Shown here piece after piece: positions 9,472 through 20,008 of a stretch of DNA of 32,000 bases. Source of the stretch: Candidatus Saccharimonadota bacterium (lineage in GTDB: Bacteria; Bacillota_I; Bacilli_A; Mycoplasmatales; Hepatoplasmataceae). The position numbers were made by a program, and so were the translations under genes. Numbering within the stretch: the first letter of the stretch is position 1; each line of letters starts with the position of its first letter. The notes under the pieces were generated by a model, which saw nothing but the letters and a program-made list of their open reading frames with translations, made no database searches and was not told where the DNA came from. The stretch is from NCBI GenBank assembly GCA_027925325.1, contig AP027133.1:60001-92000 (forward strand), in the 5' to 3' direction.

Positions 9472-10512
9472 ATGGAAAAATTAAAAGAAATTTTAGCAAT
9501 TCCAGGGGTTTCTGGATATGAAAATAGAATAGTTGAATTTTTTAAAAAAGAATTTTTGAGTTTAGGTTATTCATACAAAAGAGATAATTTAGGTTCTATT
9601 ATTTTTTTTAAAAATAAAAATGATAGTAAGGCAAAAAAAGTAATAATTGATACTCATATTGATGAGGTTGGGTTTTTAATTACAAATCTTAATGAAGATG
9701 GAACAGTTTTAATCGAAAGCATAGGTGGAATAAATTTAAAATTAATGCAAACTCAAGTATTGGAGGTTTGAAGTTCAAATTTTAAGAAAAAATATTTAGC
9801 AATTTTAACTTTTCCAAATCAAGATGATAAAGATTTAGATTTACAAAAGGCAATTTTGGATTTAGGATTTAAAAGCAAAGAAGATTTAATTAAACATGAT
9901 ATTAATGTTGGATCTTCAGTTACCTTTCCGAATTTATTTCAAGAAAATGAAATCTCAATTTTATCTAAAGGAATTGATAATCGCTTAGGTGCTTATATTT
10001 CCTTAAATCTCGCAAGAGATCTTGCAAAAAAGTCTTTAAAATTTAATTTGGAATTTGTCTTTTCAACACAAGAGGAAGTGGGGCTTAGAGGATCAAGAAC
10101 AGCAATTTATAATCAAAATCCAGATTTAGTGATTGTAATAGATATTTCGCCCGCTTATGATCTTGATAAAAAGGGATCTCCTTATGGAATTTTAGGAGAA
10201 GGAACAATGCTTAGACATAAAGATGCTTATACAATTTATAAAAAGAAAATTATTATTTTTTTAAGAAATTTATTTAAAAAAGAAAATATTAAATATCAAG
10301 ATTATTTTTCTTTAGGTGGAACAAATGCCGGAATAATTCAATTATTAAAAGAGGGAATATTAGTTTTTCCAATCGGTCTTTGTGCAAGAAATATTCATAC
10401 TGGATTAGCAATTGTTAATAAAAATGATTTAATGGAAACAGAAAGGGGATTAAGAATTTTAATAAATAAAATAAATGATAATTTAATTAAAAAAGGAACT
10501 TTAATAAATTAA
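9472..10512 (+). CDS. M42 family metallo-aminopeptidase (glutamyl aminopeptidase / FrvX-like)
   Basis: ATG at 9472 (MEKLKEILAIPGVSGYE). Track ORFs 9448-9771 and 9856-10512 are in the same frame, joined by TGA 9769. Metal-ligand motifs are intact: IDTHIDEVGF, STQEEVGLRGS and VIVIDIS. Confidence 0.8.
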
Positions 10513-10558
10513 ATATTTTATAAAAGATTTATTAATAATGTAAAATATTCTTAGAATT

Positions 10559-11110
10559 ATGGCACAAAAATTTTTATTTTTCTTTACAAATCTTTTAAAT
10601 AGTAATTATACGAATTATTCAGCTGATCTTGATAAAACATACGATATATTAATAATTATATTAATTGCCTTTGCAGCTGTTGCAATTTTGGTTTTAATTA
10701 TTGGTCTTTTTTATTTAATTTCAATTTTAAAACGAACAAATATAGTTATGAAAAAAATTGATTATTTGATGGAGGATATTACTTATAAATCAGAGTCTTT
10801 AAATGTGACTGTGGAGACATTAAATAAATTATCTAATTATCTATTATTATTTGATTCAAGTTCAAAAAATGGAATTAAAGCTTTGGTTAAACTATTTTCT
10901 GAAAATAGAAATTATTTTTATTCATTTGCTGATAAATTACGTGAAAATTTTGATAAAAAAATATCAGAAGGAAAAGATAAAATTAAAAAAGCAGCTCCTA
11001 AAGCAAAGTCAAAGGTGCAAAAATTAAAAAAAGTAATTGAGGATTTAGAAGATAAAGCTAAGACTAAAAAGGCAGAATCTCCAAAAATTAAAAAAGAAGA
11101 TAAGAAATAG
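10559..11110 (+). CDS. DUF948-like membrane-anchored coiled-coil protein with a Lys-rich tail
   Basis: 183 aa. One TM helix (ILIIILIAFAAVAILVLIIGLFYLISIL) is followed by a helical region and a KAKSKVQKLKK-type C-terminus. This resembles the Firmicutes protein that precedes YtxH. Assigned by eye only. Confidence 0.5.
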   Translation: MAQKFLFFFTNLLNSNYTNYSADLDKTYDILIIILIAFAAVAILVLIIGLFYLISILKRTNIVMKKIDYLMEDITYKSESLNVTVETLNKLSNYLLLFDSSSKNGIKALVKLFSENRNYFYSFADKLRENFDKKISEGKDKIKKAAPKAKSKVQKLKKVIEDLEDKAKTKKAESPKIKKEDKK

Positions 11111-11121
11111 AGGTTCAAAAA

Positions 11122-11496
11122 ATGTTTAAAGAATTAGTTGCCTTTTCACTTGGGATGTTGGCTGGTTTTGTTATTTCATCTTATAATAAAGAAACAAAAG
11201 AAGTTATTGAATTGATTATTAAAAAAGGAAAAATTTATTATGAAGATTTAAAAAAATTGGTTTATCAATCTTTAAAAAGTATCGAAGATTTGGATTCTGA
11301 TTTAATAAAATTGAATTATGAAAAAATAGTAACAATATTAAAAAGTAAATTAAATGAGATTACAGAGTTATCATCTATTAGCGATCAAATTGAATATGCA
11401 ACAAGTGAAATATCTGGATTGTTTGAAAGAAGTAAATTAAAATTGGTAAAAAATACTATCGATAATACAAAAAAGAAAATAAGAAAAGTGAAATAA
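11122..11496 (+). CDS. YtxH-like small membrane-associated protein
   Basis: 124 aa. N-terminal Gly-zipper-like hydrophobic segment FSLGMLAGFVIS followed by a long amphipathic helix. Its position directly after a DUF948-like gene matches the Firmicutes gene pair. Confidence 0.45.
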   Translation: MFKELVAFSLGMLAGFVISSYNKETKEVIELIIKKGKIYYEDLKKLVYQSLKSIEDLDSDLIKLNYEKIVTILKSKLNEITELSSISDQIEYATSEISGLFERSKLKLVKNTIDNTKKKIRKVK

Positions 11497-11512
11497 ATAT
11501 AGGAGATATTTA

Positions 11513-12778
11513 ATGAATAAATTATTAGAAGACTTAAAGTGAAGATCACTTTTGAAAGAATTAATTACAGAAGATGATGTCAGTAAAATTTTTTCATTAG
11601 ATGATAAAAAATTTTATCTTGGAATTGATCCTACTGCCGACTCTTTGCATATCGGTCACTTTTTAACGATAAATTTAGCAAATTTAATTTCTAAAAAATC
11701 TAATTTAACTCCTGTTTTTGTATTAGGCGGTTTTACAGCACAGATTGGTGATCCTTCTGGGAAAAATGCCGAACGAAAATTAATTTCGGAAAATATTGTT
11801 GCTAATAATTGCAAAAAAATAAAAGAACAATTACAATTTATTTGCAAAAATTTAGAAATTAAAAATTATGAAATTTTTGATAATTTTAATATTTATAAAA
11901 ATTTAACATTAATTGATTTTTTTAAAAAATATGGAAAATTAATTAATATTTCAAAAATGCTTTCTCGAGATGTTGTAAAAAATCGAATTGATGTTGGAAT
12001 ATCATATACAGAATTTTCTTATCAAATTTTTCAAGCAATTGATTTTTTATATTTATTTGAAAATAAAAATGTTTTATTGCAAATTGGTGGATCCGATCAA
12101 TTTGGCAATATTTTATCAGGAATTGAAATTATTAGAAGAATTAGAAATAAAAATATATTAATCGGAGGAATTACTGTTCCTTTATTAATTGATGAAAGTG
12201 GGAATAAAATTGGAAAGACAGATGGAAATCCTCTTTGAATATCAAAAGAAAAATTATCTCCTTATTTTATTTATCAATATTTATTTAATCTTTCTGATTC
12301 TTTTGCTAAGAAATTATTATTACAACTTACAACAATTACTAAATTTGAATTTTCAGATTTATTAAAAAAAGCCAATTCTAACAAAAGGGAAAGATATTTA
12401 CAAAAAGAATTAATTAGAAGATTATTTATTTCCTTTTATGGAGATAATGATTATTTTGAAAAATTTGATAAGATTTCTGAATATTTATTTACACAAAATT
12501 ATCAAAAAATTGAGGAAAAACTTTTACTTGATATTTTTAAAAATTTAGATTCTTTTAAATATGATTTTAAACAAGATTTATTTACACAATTAAAATCTAA
12601 TAATTTAATAAGTTCAAAGCGAGAATTTATTCAATTTTTAAAAGATAAGGCTTTAAAAATTAATAATACATCGATATTAGAAGTTGATTTTAAGTTAAAA
12701 AAAACTGATTTTTCAAAGCAAAAATTTTTAATTTTATCATTGGGTAAAAAGAAAAAAATAATTATAAAATTAAATTAA
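11513..12778 (+). CDS. tyrS: tyrosyl-tRNA synthetase
   Basis: ATG at 11513, preceded by AGGAG (11501-11505). HIGH-type motif DSLHIGH. GGSDQFGNI. KMSKS-equivalent KIGKT. Continues through TGA codons at 11540 and 12236 to TAA at 12776-12778. C-terminal S4-like region. Confidence 0.9.
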
Positions 12779-12787
12779 TTGTTATTT

Positions 12788-12815
12788 TTGCTTAAAATTA
12801 TTAATATTTTATAAT
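12788..12815 (+). promoter_or_regulatory. putative sigma-70-type promoter for the HTH gene
   Basis: TTGCTT (12788-12793), a 16-nt spacer, then TATAAT (12810-12815). AAGGAG RBS at 12827-12832. Hexamers like these arise easily in DNA this AT-rich. Confidence 0.35.
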
Positions 12816-12847
12816 TTTAATTGTAAAAGGAGTTTGTTTATAAATTA

Positions 12848-14029
12848 ATGAATGATATTTCTCATTTTGAAAAGAATAATTTTAATTTTTTATATGCTAA
12901 AAAATTGAACGAAAATTGAAAAAGAGATAATAAAATTATCTATTTGCATTTTAATTATAATTTAGGTTTTAATAATCTTGCACAGGAATTTGGATTAACA
13001 AAAGAGAGAATAAGGCAAATTTTAATTAAATTTATATCTAGTTTTAATAAAAAAGAAAAGAATAATTTTTTTATTGATTTTTATGTAAGAAGAAATAAAT
13101 TTAAATTTATTTCTAAGTTTTTTAAAATTGAATGTAATTTTTATAAAAAACAATTAGAACAAGAGATTGAGGATATTTCTTTCAAATTTAGTTATAATAA
13201 TAATTTTTTCAAAATAGTTAAAAAATCTTTAATTTTAAAATCAAATGCTAGATATTTTTTAAAATCAAATAACTATTTTAAATTAAATATTTTAGATTTT
13301 AAAGATAATTTAATCTTGCCTTTTTGAAAGCAATTTGAATTTAAAGATATAATCACAAGAAAAGATAAGGTAGATATTATTGCAAAGGCTTATTTTAAAC
13401 CTTATACAAAATATAAAATTGAGGAAATAATTTCAATTTATAAACAATATTTTCCAAAATTAAGTAGAAGGGCAATTGAAGGAATGCTTTTTAATTATAA
13501 TGAGATTTTTTCTCTTTCTGCGGGAAAATATATGATTTCTTATTATAAGGATCAAAAAGAATTTTTATACTTTTCATATATTGCTGATTTAATATATGAA
13601 AAAGTAAATAATTTTTTCTTAAATGATGATAATATAATTTGTGATATTTCAAAATTTAAAGAAAAGAATAATTTTAATTATCCTTTCTTAAATGAACATC
13701 ATTACTATTTTTTTGCAAAAAAATATTCAGAAAAATTTAATAATAAATTTGATTCTTTTAGATCACCAATAATTTTTAAAAAAGAACAAAAAGCAAAAAT
13801 TTCTGGAAAAGATATTCAACTTTTATTTAAAAAACAGATTGAAATGTTTTTAGAAGAAAATGATTTATATAACAAATGAATTAATAAAGATTTATTTTTA
13901 AAAAATATTCATGATGAATATGGAATAAAAGATTATTATTTTTTTCAAAAAATGCATTTATTTAATTTAAATAAAATTTCTGGTAATCGCTATGAAAAAG
14001 GAAAAATAAAATTTAATAAAGATTATTAA
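12848..14029 (+). CDS. hypothetical DNA-binding protein with an N-terminal sigma-70 region 4-like helix-turn-helix (393 aa)
   Basis: ATG at 12848. Track ORFs 12944-13327 and 13484-13879 and the linkers share frame 2 across TGA codons (12917, 13325, 13877). Residues about 30-63, IIYLHFNYNLGFNNLAQEFGLTKERIRQILIKFI, match the region 4.2 pattern (G-x-T/S-x-E-R-I/V-R-Q-I). The rest is unrecognised. TAA stop at 14027-14029. Confidence 0.6.
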
Positions 14030-15990
14030 ATTTTATTGAATTTACTTCTTCTTATTTCAATTTTGTCATCGTTTATAAATTGAAAAAGAGTTAATTTATC
14101 TAATTCTATTTTTTTATTGACTTTACTTTTATTTAAGATAATTAAGGTATTTTTATATTCATCTTTATTTTCAATTTTTAATAATAAAGATCTTAATTCT
14201 TGTTCATTTATATTTCCTGCTTCTAAAATTTCATCAAATAAAAGGTTATTTTGATAATTATAATTATTTGAGATTATGTATTTTCTTAAAATTATTGAAA
14301 AATTTTTATTAATATATTTTATTTTATTTTCAATACTAAAATATTTTGATTGAAAAATTGGAAAATAAAAATAAGGTATTTGAATTAATTTTTCATTTTT
14401 ATTTTTTGTAACATAATCTGATAATGGTTTTAAATTATTTTTTTGAACAGCAATAAAGAGTTCTTTAAAATAAGGAAGAACATTATTCAAAATTTGTTTA
14501 AAATTTTCATTTAAAATCTGATATTTTCAATTTATTATTGGGTCATTAATTTTACCAAAAATAAAAGAACGTAAATTAAAAGTTAATTTATTTTCATTTT
14601 TTATTATAAAATCAAAAAATTTACTTTGATACTCAAATTGATTTTTTAATAAATCTTCTATTAAAATCATAAAAGTTAATTCATCATTTTTTATTTTTAC
14701 ATTAAGCATCTTAATTAATTTTAGAAAATCTTTTGTATTATCTAATTCATAATTTTTAAAAATATTTTCTCTTATATATAATTTAGCAATATCTTCAACA
14801 ATTGGATTTAATTCTTTTTTGAAGACGTTATCGATCGAAATAATGAAATTGTCTTTTAATAACTTATTAAATAATATTTCTGTATGAGCTCTATTTTTAA
14901 TTCTTATTAGAAGTTTTTTGAATTCTTCATCATTTAAAAAGTGTTTTTTATGAAAGTGATCAAAAAGTTCTCTGAATAATTTTCAATCTTTTTCATTTTT
15001 ATAAAGATTATAAATGACAATAATTGTATTTAAAGATAGTTTGGTTTCTTTAGTACTCAATTTATCATATTGAAGGTAAAATTTTATTATTTTTTTTAAT
15101 TCTAAAATTGACATTCTTAAATTGTAATTATTTTTTTCAATATAATATGAAATTAACTGATCACTTAATTCTTTTTTTGCTGCCTCAAATTCATTTTTAT
15201 CGCTTGTTTTTTTGATTAATTCATTTCTAATTACTTTAATATTCTCTATTTCTTTTCGCTCAACATTTATCACATAATCAATATATTTTAAATCCTCATT
15301 AAATAATTTATCTTCAGAATCAGTTTCAATAATAATAATTTTTTTATAATCAATATTTATTAAATTTAAAAATCCTTTACTTAATTTTCCTTGTTCGCTT
15401 TTTTCTTTAAATTCAGATATGAAACGGTAAACAGCAATTTCAACATCTTTTCCTTCATCTGACATTCGATTTATTTCATCAAATATATAAATATCTTTTT
15501 TATTAAAAAATAAGGGAATAATAGGTAAAACAAAAATTATTAAGATTGCAGAGATGAAAATTCATAATATCGTCATCGTTTGACTTTGATCTAAAATAAT
15601 TAAAATAAATGAAAATGATATTCAAATTAATGCTATTAAATAATAAAGATTCCTAATTTCAGAAAGAAAGGAAACTAATTTTCCTCGATAACCGAAGATA
15701 TCTTTTTCAAATGAAGGATATCGAAAATGTCTCTGTTCAAATGATTTACAATCTATTTTTTTGACTTTTGATTTTTTGATATTTAATTTTGTTAATAAAT
15801 AATTTAAATAATAAGTTTTTCCACTTCCCTTTTTTCCAGCAAAATTAATAATAATCGGCTTATTATATTTAAAATTTTTTTTTCTATCTTTTTTGATTTT
15901 TTCGCTTATAAAATTGATTTGTGCAACTAACTCATTTGATTTATAATCATTTTTATCATCATCATTAAAATTATTATTTTTAGAATTCAT
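14026..15990 (-). CDS. KAP-family P-loop NTPase with two TM helices inserted between Walker A and Walker B (654 aa)
   Basis: Track ORFs 15622-15990, 14983-15465, 14527-14709 and 14026-14490 share one frame. I translated all three linkers and they contain only TGA codons (15622, 15562, 14983, 14527). Walker A GKKGSGKT is at 15814-15837. Hydrophobic helices LYYLIALIWISFSFILIIL and ILWIFISAILIIFVLPIIPLFF are at 15505-15648. Walker B IYIFDEINR is at 15466-15492. TAA stop at 14026-14028. Confidence 0.7.
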
Positions 15991-15999
15991 ATATTATTT

Positions 16000-16005
16000 A
16001 TTATA
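16000..16005 (-). promoter_or_regulatory. possible -10 box (TATAAT on the minus strand) for the KAP NTPase gene
   Basis: TATAAT lies 9 nt upstream of the ATG at 15990 and just downstream of the ppa terminator. No Shine-Dalgarno was seen, which would imply a leaderless or near-leaderless mRNA. Weak evidence in AT-rich DNA. Confidence 0.25.
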
Positions 16006-16014
16006 TTATGAAAT

Positions 16015-16041
16015 AAAAAAAAATTCCCGATTAGGGAATTT
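16015..16041 (-). terminator. rho-independent terminator downstream of ppa
   Basis: On the minus strand: stem AAATTCCC / GGGAATTT (plus-strand 16021-16028 and 16034-16041), loop of 5 nt, then a T-run. The plus-strand A9 run at 16015-16023 supplies both part of the stem and the T-run. The hairpin partly overlaps the ppa stop codon. Confidence 0.7.
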
Positions 16042-16577
16042 TATTTGTATTTATTGGGATATTTTTTCTTCATTATTTTGATAAATTCACTTTTTTCTAA
16101 ATGATGAAATTCTTTATAAATATTTTTTGCTTCTTCTAATTCTTTTTTAGCAAAAGTTATATCTTCAAATCCTAATATCTCAACTTTTTTATTTTGCAAA
16201 TTTTTATAATTTTCAAAAAAGTCTTTAAATTCCAATAGAAGATTTTTATTTAAATCATTTAATTTATTAATATTATCAAATCTTGGGTCTACGTCAACAA
16301 CTGTAAGTATTTTTGTATCAGTTTCGCCCGCATCGATCATTTTGATTGCGCCAATTATTCTGATTGGAACAATACTTTTTGGTAAAAATTGTTGATCAGA
16401 AATAATAAGTGCATCTAAAGGATCTCCATCTCAATCTAAAGTTTCTTCAAAATAACCATAATTTGCTGGATAATTCATTGCGCCATATAATATGCGATCA
16501 ACTTTTAAACGTCCATCCTCTATTTCATATTTAACTTTTGAATTCTTAGGAATTTCTATTACTATATTAGCTTTCAT
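16041..16577 (-). CDS. ppa: inorganic pyrophosphatase (family I)
   Basis: ATG at 16577 ([18 protein letters not shown]). [20 protein letters not shown] with TGA read as Trp. [14 protein letters not shown]. 178 aa. Track ORF 16041-16340 is the C-terminal part in the same frame. Confidence 0.9.
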
Positions 16578-16638
16578 ATAATTATTATTATATTATTAAT
16601 TTATAATTAAGTTAATTTTTTAAAATTAATTAAAGATA

Positions 16639-17187
16639 ATGGAAAATACGAAGATAGAGAATTTTAAAAAATTGGCAACGGCTGGAATGTTTTTGGCTCT
16701 TACTTTTTTTGCTATAATAATTCAAATTCCAATTCCTGCCACTTTTCTAAAATTAGATTTTTCTGTTGCAATAATTTTATTATCACTTAAATATACAAAA
16801 GTAGTGTATACATTTTTCATTGCAATTATTGCTCCCTTTATTTTATTCTTTGTAGGAGGAGAAATAATTGGAATTACATTTCTTGTTTTTCTTAATGTAA
16901 TTGTTATTATTTTTCAATTATTTTTTGAAAACTTTTTTTTAAAAAAAATAAAATCTAAAAAACTTATTTTTTTTATGTATTTTTTATTATTTTTTTGTTT
17001 AACTATTATTTTATCTTTTGCAAATATTTTTATATTTACCCCCGCCTATTATAATTTTGATTATCAAATTATTTTTGATAATTTTGCAAAATTATTTTTT
17101 ATTACAATTTTTTTTAATTTATTTAAATTAGTATTAAATTATTTTTTTTATTTCTTTTTATTAAATAATTTTTATAATTTAAAATAG
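16639..17187 (+). CDS. polytopic membrane protein, ECF-transporter S-component-like
   Basis: 182 aa with about 5-6 hydrophobic helices. The N-terminal pattern KLATAGMFLALTFFAIIIQIPIP..LKLDFSVAIILLS resembles substrate-capture S components. No ecfA or ecfT gene is adjacent. Confidence 0.45.
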   Translation: MENTKIENFKKLATAGMFLALTFFAIIIQIPIPATFLKLDFSVAIILLSLKYTKVVYTFFIAIIAPFILFFVGGEIIGITFLVFLNVIVIIFQLFFENFFLKKIKSKKLIFFMYFLLFFCLTIILSFANIFIFTPAYYNFDYQIIFDNFAKLFFITIFFNLFKLVLNYFFYFFLLNNFYNLK

Positions 17188-17209
17188 ATAGGTAAGGTTT
17201 AAATAAATT

Positions 17210-17686
17210 ATGAAAGTTTTAATTATTTCAGATGTTCATGGAAACATAGATTTAATGAATAAAATATTAAATGATAATTCTGATGCCAATTTTAAAATTT
17301 TTTGTGGTGATCTACAAAAAAATGATAAAAGTCTTATAAAGAAAAATTTTGATTATTATGTAACGGGAAATGCAGATTATTTCCATTTAGATGAGATAAA
17401 AGAATTAGAGATTGAAAAAGTAAAAATTCTTTTGACTCATGGACATTTATTTGAAAGCTTTTGAGAAAAGATAGATTTTAAAAAATTATATAAATTGGGT
17501 GAACTTTTAAAAGTAAAATTAATTATTCATGGTCACGATCATATTGCTATAATTGAGGAAAAAAATCGAATAATTAGATTCAACCCCGGATCAATAACTT
17601 ATCCTCGTGGTAATAATAAAGCAAGCTATGGAATCATTGAAATTAAGGATGGCAGAATTCTAAATTTAGAGCATATTTATATTTAA
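17210..17686 (+). CDS. YfcE/MJ0936-type metallophosphoesterase
   Basis: Track ORFs 17210-17464 and 17495-17686 are in the same frame, joined by TGA 17462. Calcineurin-like motifs are present in order: ISDVHGN, GD, GNAD, THGH and HGHDH. Confidence 0.8.
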
Positions 17687-17734
17687 TTTTTTAAAAAATT
17701 AAAATTTAGGTTCTATTTTTCTTATTATAAATAA

Positions 17735-17742
17735 TGTATAAT
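17735..17742 (+). promoter_or_regulatory. extended -10 element (TGTATAAT) upstream of tRNA-Arg
   Basis: TGnTATAAT consensus, 13 nt upstream of the mature tRNA 5' end. Confidence 0.4.
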
Positions 17743-17755
17743 TTTTTTGTGTATT

Positions 17756-17832
17756 GCCCACATAGCTCAGCAGGATAGAGCACGTGCCTTCTAAGCATGG
17801 GGTCGGAGGTTCGAATCCTCTTGTGGGCGCCA
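17756..17832 (+). tRNA. tRNA-Arg, anticodon UCU
   Basis: 77 nt. Acceptor GCCCACA/TGTGGGC. D arm AGCTCAGCAGGATAGAGC. Anticodon arm CGTGC-CTTCTAA-GCATG (anticodon TCT). T loop GGTTCGAATCC. An encoded CCA. Confidence 0.9.
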
Positions 17833-17872
17833 TAATTTGTTTTTTATTAATAAAGTTTTGGATTTTAATAAA

Positions 17873-18625
17873 ATGGAGAAAAATAATTATTATAATCATT
17901 TAATTTTCAAAATTGAAAATTTTATTAATAAAAAAGAATATAGCAAAGCTTCTAAATTAATTGTTGATGAATTAAAAATGCCTTATGTTCCTCTTGATGT
18001 AGAAGCTAAGCTTTTTGATTTTGAAAAAATTATTTTTGCTAATTTAAAAAATAATAAAGAATATAATTCCTTTTCAATTTATTGGTATTTAAATTTTTTA
18101 AATAATGATAAAATTGATTTTTTTGAAAAATTTGAAATTATAGAAAATTTTGATAATTTCAATTTGAAAAAATATCTTTCTGACTTTAAAAATTTTTTTT
18201 TAAATGATAAAGTATCAGATCTTTTAAAATTAAAATTATTATTAATATTTAAAAGACAAGAAATTAAAGAAAATATAGATATATTATTTAATGATGGTAA
18301 AAAGGAACTTTTTGATTTAAGTAAAGTTACAAACTTTTATTTTAGTAAGGAATTTGCAAAAGATTCAAAATTAATTGAAGATTTTTTATTTAAAGATCCA
18401 GTAATAAAGAATTTTAGTTTTTTAATTCTTGAAATGTTTTATTTTTTAAAATTAAGAGAGAAAGAAAATAATAAAGATTTATTTTATTTAAAAGCTTTAT
18501 ATATTTCTGCAATTTTTTTCAAAAATAATGAATTACAAAAATCAATTAAGAATAAAATTTCAAATTATGATTCTTTTATTTCTGAGATAGATATTTTTTT
18601 AATAAAGACAAGTTTAAAAAAATAG
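17873..18625 (+). CDS. hypothetical helical protein (250 aa) immediately upstream of tig-lon
   Basis: ATG at 17873. The track's TTG start at 17837 would begin only 5 nt after the tRNA. TAG stop at 18623-18625. All-helical, TPR-like appearance. From memory, Mycoplasma genitalium and M. pneumoniae carry a DUF3196 protein (MG237/MPN330) in this position. That point is unverified. Confidence 0.55.
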   Translation: MEKNNYYNHLIFKIENFINKKEYSKASKLIVDELKMPYVPLDVEAKLFDFEKIIFANLKNNKEYNSFSIYWYLNFLNNDKIDFFEKFEIIENFDNFNLKKYLSDFKNFFLNDKVSDLLKLKLLLIFKRQEIKENIDILFNDGKKELFDLSKVTNFYFSKEFAKDSKLIEDFLFKDPVIKNFSFLILEMFYFLKLREKENNKDLFYLKALYISAIFFKNNELQKSIKNKISNYDSFISEIDIFLIKTSLKK

Positions 18626-18642
18626 TATAAATATTCCGATAT

Positions 18643-18650
18643 TGTATAAT
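18643..18650 (+). promoter_or_regulatory. extended -10 element (TGTATAAT) upstream of tig
   Basis: TGnTATAAT lies 48 nt upstream of the tig ATG. GGAG RBS at 18691-18694. Confidence 0.4.
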
Positions 18651-18698
18651 ATAAAAAGTAAAAGAATTTTTAATGTTTTTTAAATATTAAGGAGAAAA

Positions 18699-19988
18699 AT
18701 GAAAAAAATAGACATAAATATAGAAAATAATAATATAAACATAAAATTAATCTTAAAAGAAGAAGACTGAACTAATATTTTAAAAAAGGTTAATAATGAT
18801 CTAATTAATAAATTGGAATTAAAAGGTTTTCGTAAAGGAAAAATCCCGATTGAAATTGCAAAAAAACATATTAGTCAAGAACAAATATGAAATAAAGGTG
18901 TTGATGAAATTATTAACAGCAACTATGATAAGATCATTGAGGAATTTAAGAAACATAATGTAATTTCCGGACCTAAATTAGAAGTTAGAAAAATAACAAA
19001 TGATGAAGTTGAAATAAATTTTAGTGGAGTTTTATTTCCTAATATTAAATTAGGTAATTTCGATGACTTAAAAATAAAATATCAAAATGAAAAGGTAACT
19101 TCTGATGATATTAAAAAAGAACTTAAAAAAATGGATAATTTTTTAATTGATAAAAAGGAAATATTAGACAAAAATTATCAAATTAAAAAAGATGATATCG
19201 TTATTATTGATTTTAATGGAAAGGTTGATGGAAAAGAATTTGAAGGTGGTTCAGCTAAGGATCATGAATTAAAAATTGGTTCAAATTCTTTTATTGGAGA
19301 TTTTGAAAATCAGTTGATTAATCTTAAAGTTGGAGACAGCAAAAATATAAATGTTAAATTCCCCGAAACATATCCTGTAAAAAATTTATCTAACAAAAAT
19401 GCTGTTTTTGGTGTTAAAATTAATAAAGTATTCCAAGAAGAAAAATTATCAGATAAAAAATTGACTGAAAAATTAGAGAAAATTGGAATAAAATCAATAG
19501 AAGAATTTCATAAAAAAATTGAAAAAATGTTAAGCGAAAGAAATATTCAAGAAGCAAATGATAATTTTTTTAGTAAATTTTTAGATGAAGTTAAAAAATT
19601 AGAAAAAACAAATATAGAAATACCTATCGAATTAATTGAGCAAGAGTTAGAAAAGGAATTTGAAAACTTTAAAGATCGTTTAAAACAACAGGGAATGCAA
19701 GTAAAAGATTATTTTGCAATGCTTGGGACAGATGAAGATAATTTCAAAAAAACAAATTTAAAATCAAATGTAAAAAATAAAATTGAAAATAGTTTAATTT
19801 ATTCAAAATTACTTAAAGATTTTAAAATTGAAATTTCAAAAGATGATTTAGAAAAGGAATATAATAAAATTTCTAAAGATCAAAATATTAAAGTAGAAGA
19901 TGTTAAAAAGGAAATTCCTGAAGAAACAATTAGAAATTCTTTAGTATATCAAAAATTAATAAATACATTGATAAACAAATTGAAATAA
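18699..19988 (+). CDS. tig: trigger factor
   Basis: ATG at 18699 after a GGAG RBS. The N-terminal ribosome-binding signature GFRKGKIP is present. Track ORF 19131-19988 is in the same frame, with TGA codons at 18768 and 18888. FKBP-type domain with VDGKEFEGG. 429 aa. Confidence 0.9.
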
Positions 19989-20008
19989 GGATTTTAAATA
20001 AAAAAATT

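Noticed and set aside
10918-11118. Antisense ORFs of 62-80 aa at 10918-11118, 11656-11847, 19930-20118, 23919-24122, 29237-29479 and 30882-31091
   Set aside because: Each lies wholly or largely inside a well-supported gene on the opposite strand (DUF948-like, tyrS, tig/lon, valS, ftsK-like, cmk). None has an RBS or a recognisable motif. They are typical shadow frames in AT-rich DNA.
11497-11512. T-box or other leader riboswitches upstream of the tRNA synthetase genes tyrS, valS and proS
   Set aside because: The intergenic spaces are only 16, 17 and 7 nt. That is far too short for a T-box leader, which needs about 200 nt or more.
15875-15883. A9 homopolymer (T9 on the plus strand) in the 5' part of the KAP NTPase gene as a possible slipped-strand phase-variation switch
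   Set aside because: Homopolymer runs of 8-10 A/T occur throughout this window, including inside core genes. There is no evidence of length heterogeneity from a single sequence.
12779-16040. Direct or inverted repeats, integrase or tRNA attachment site marking the HTH/KAP insert as a mobile element
   Set aside because: I compared the two flanks (12779-12847 and 15991-16040) by eye and saw no shared repeat. No recombinase gene is present and the nearest tRNA is more than 1.7 kb away. The accessory status therefore rests only on gene content and insulation by a terminator and promoter.
17699-17899. 66-aa minus-strand ORF in the track
   Set aside because: It lies antisense across tRNA-Arg(UCU) and its promoter. 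It is a shadow ORF caused by the locally GC-richer tRNA.
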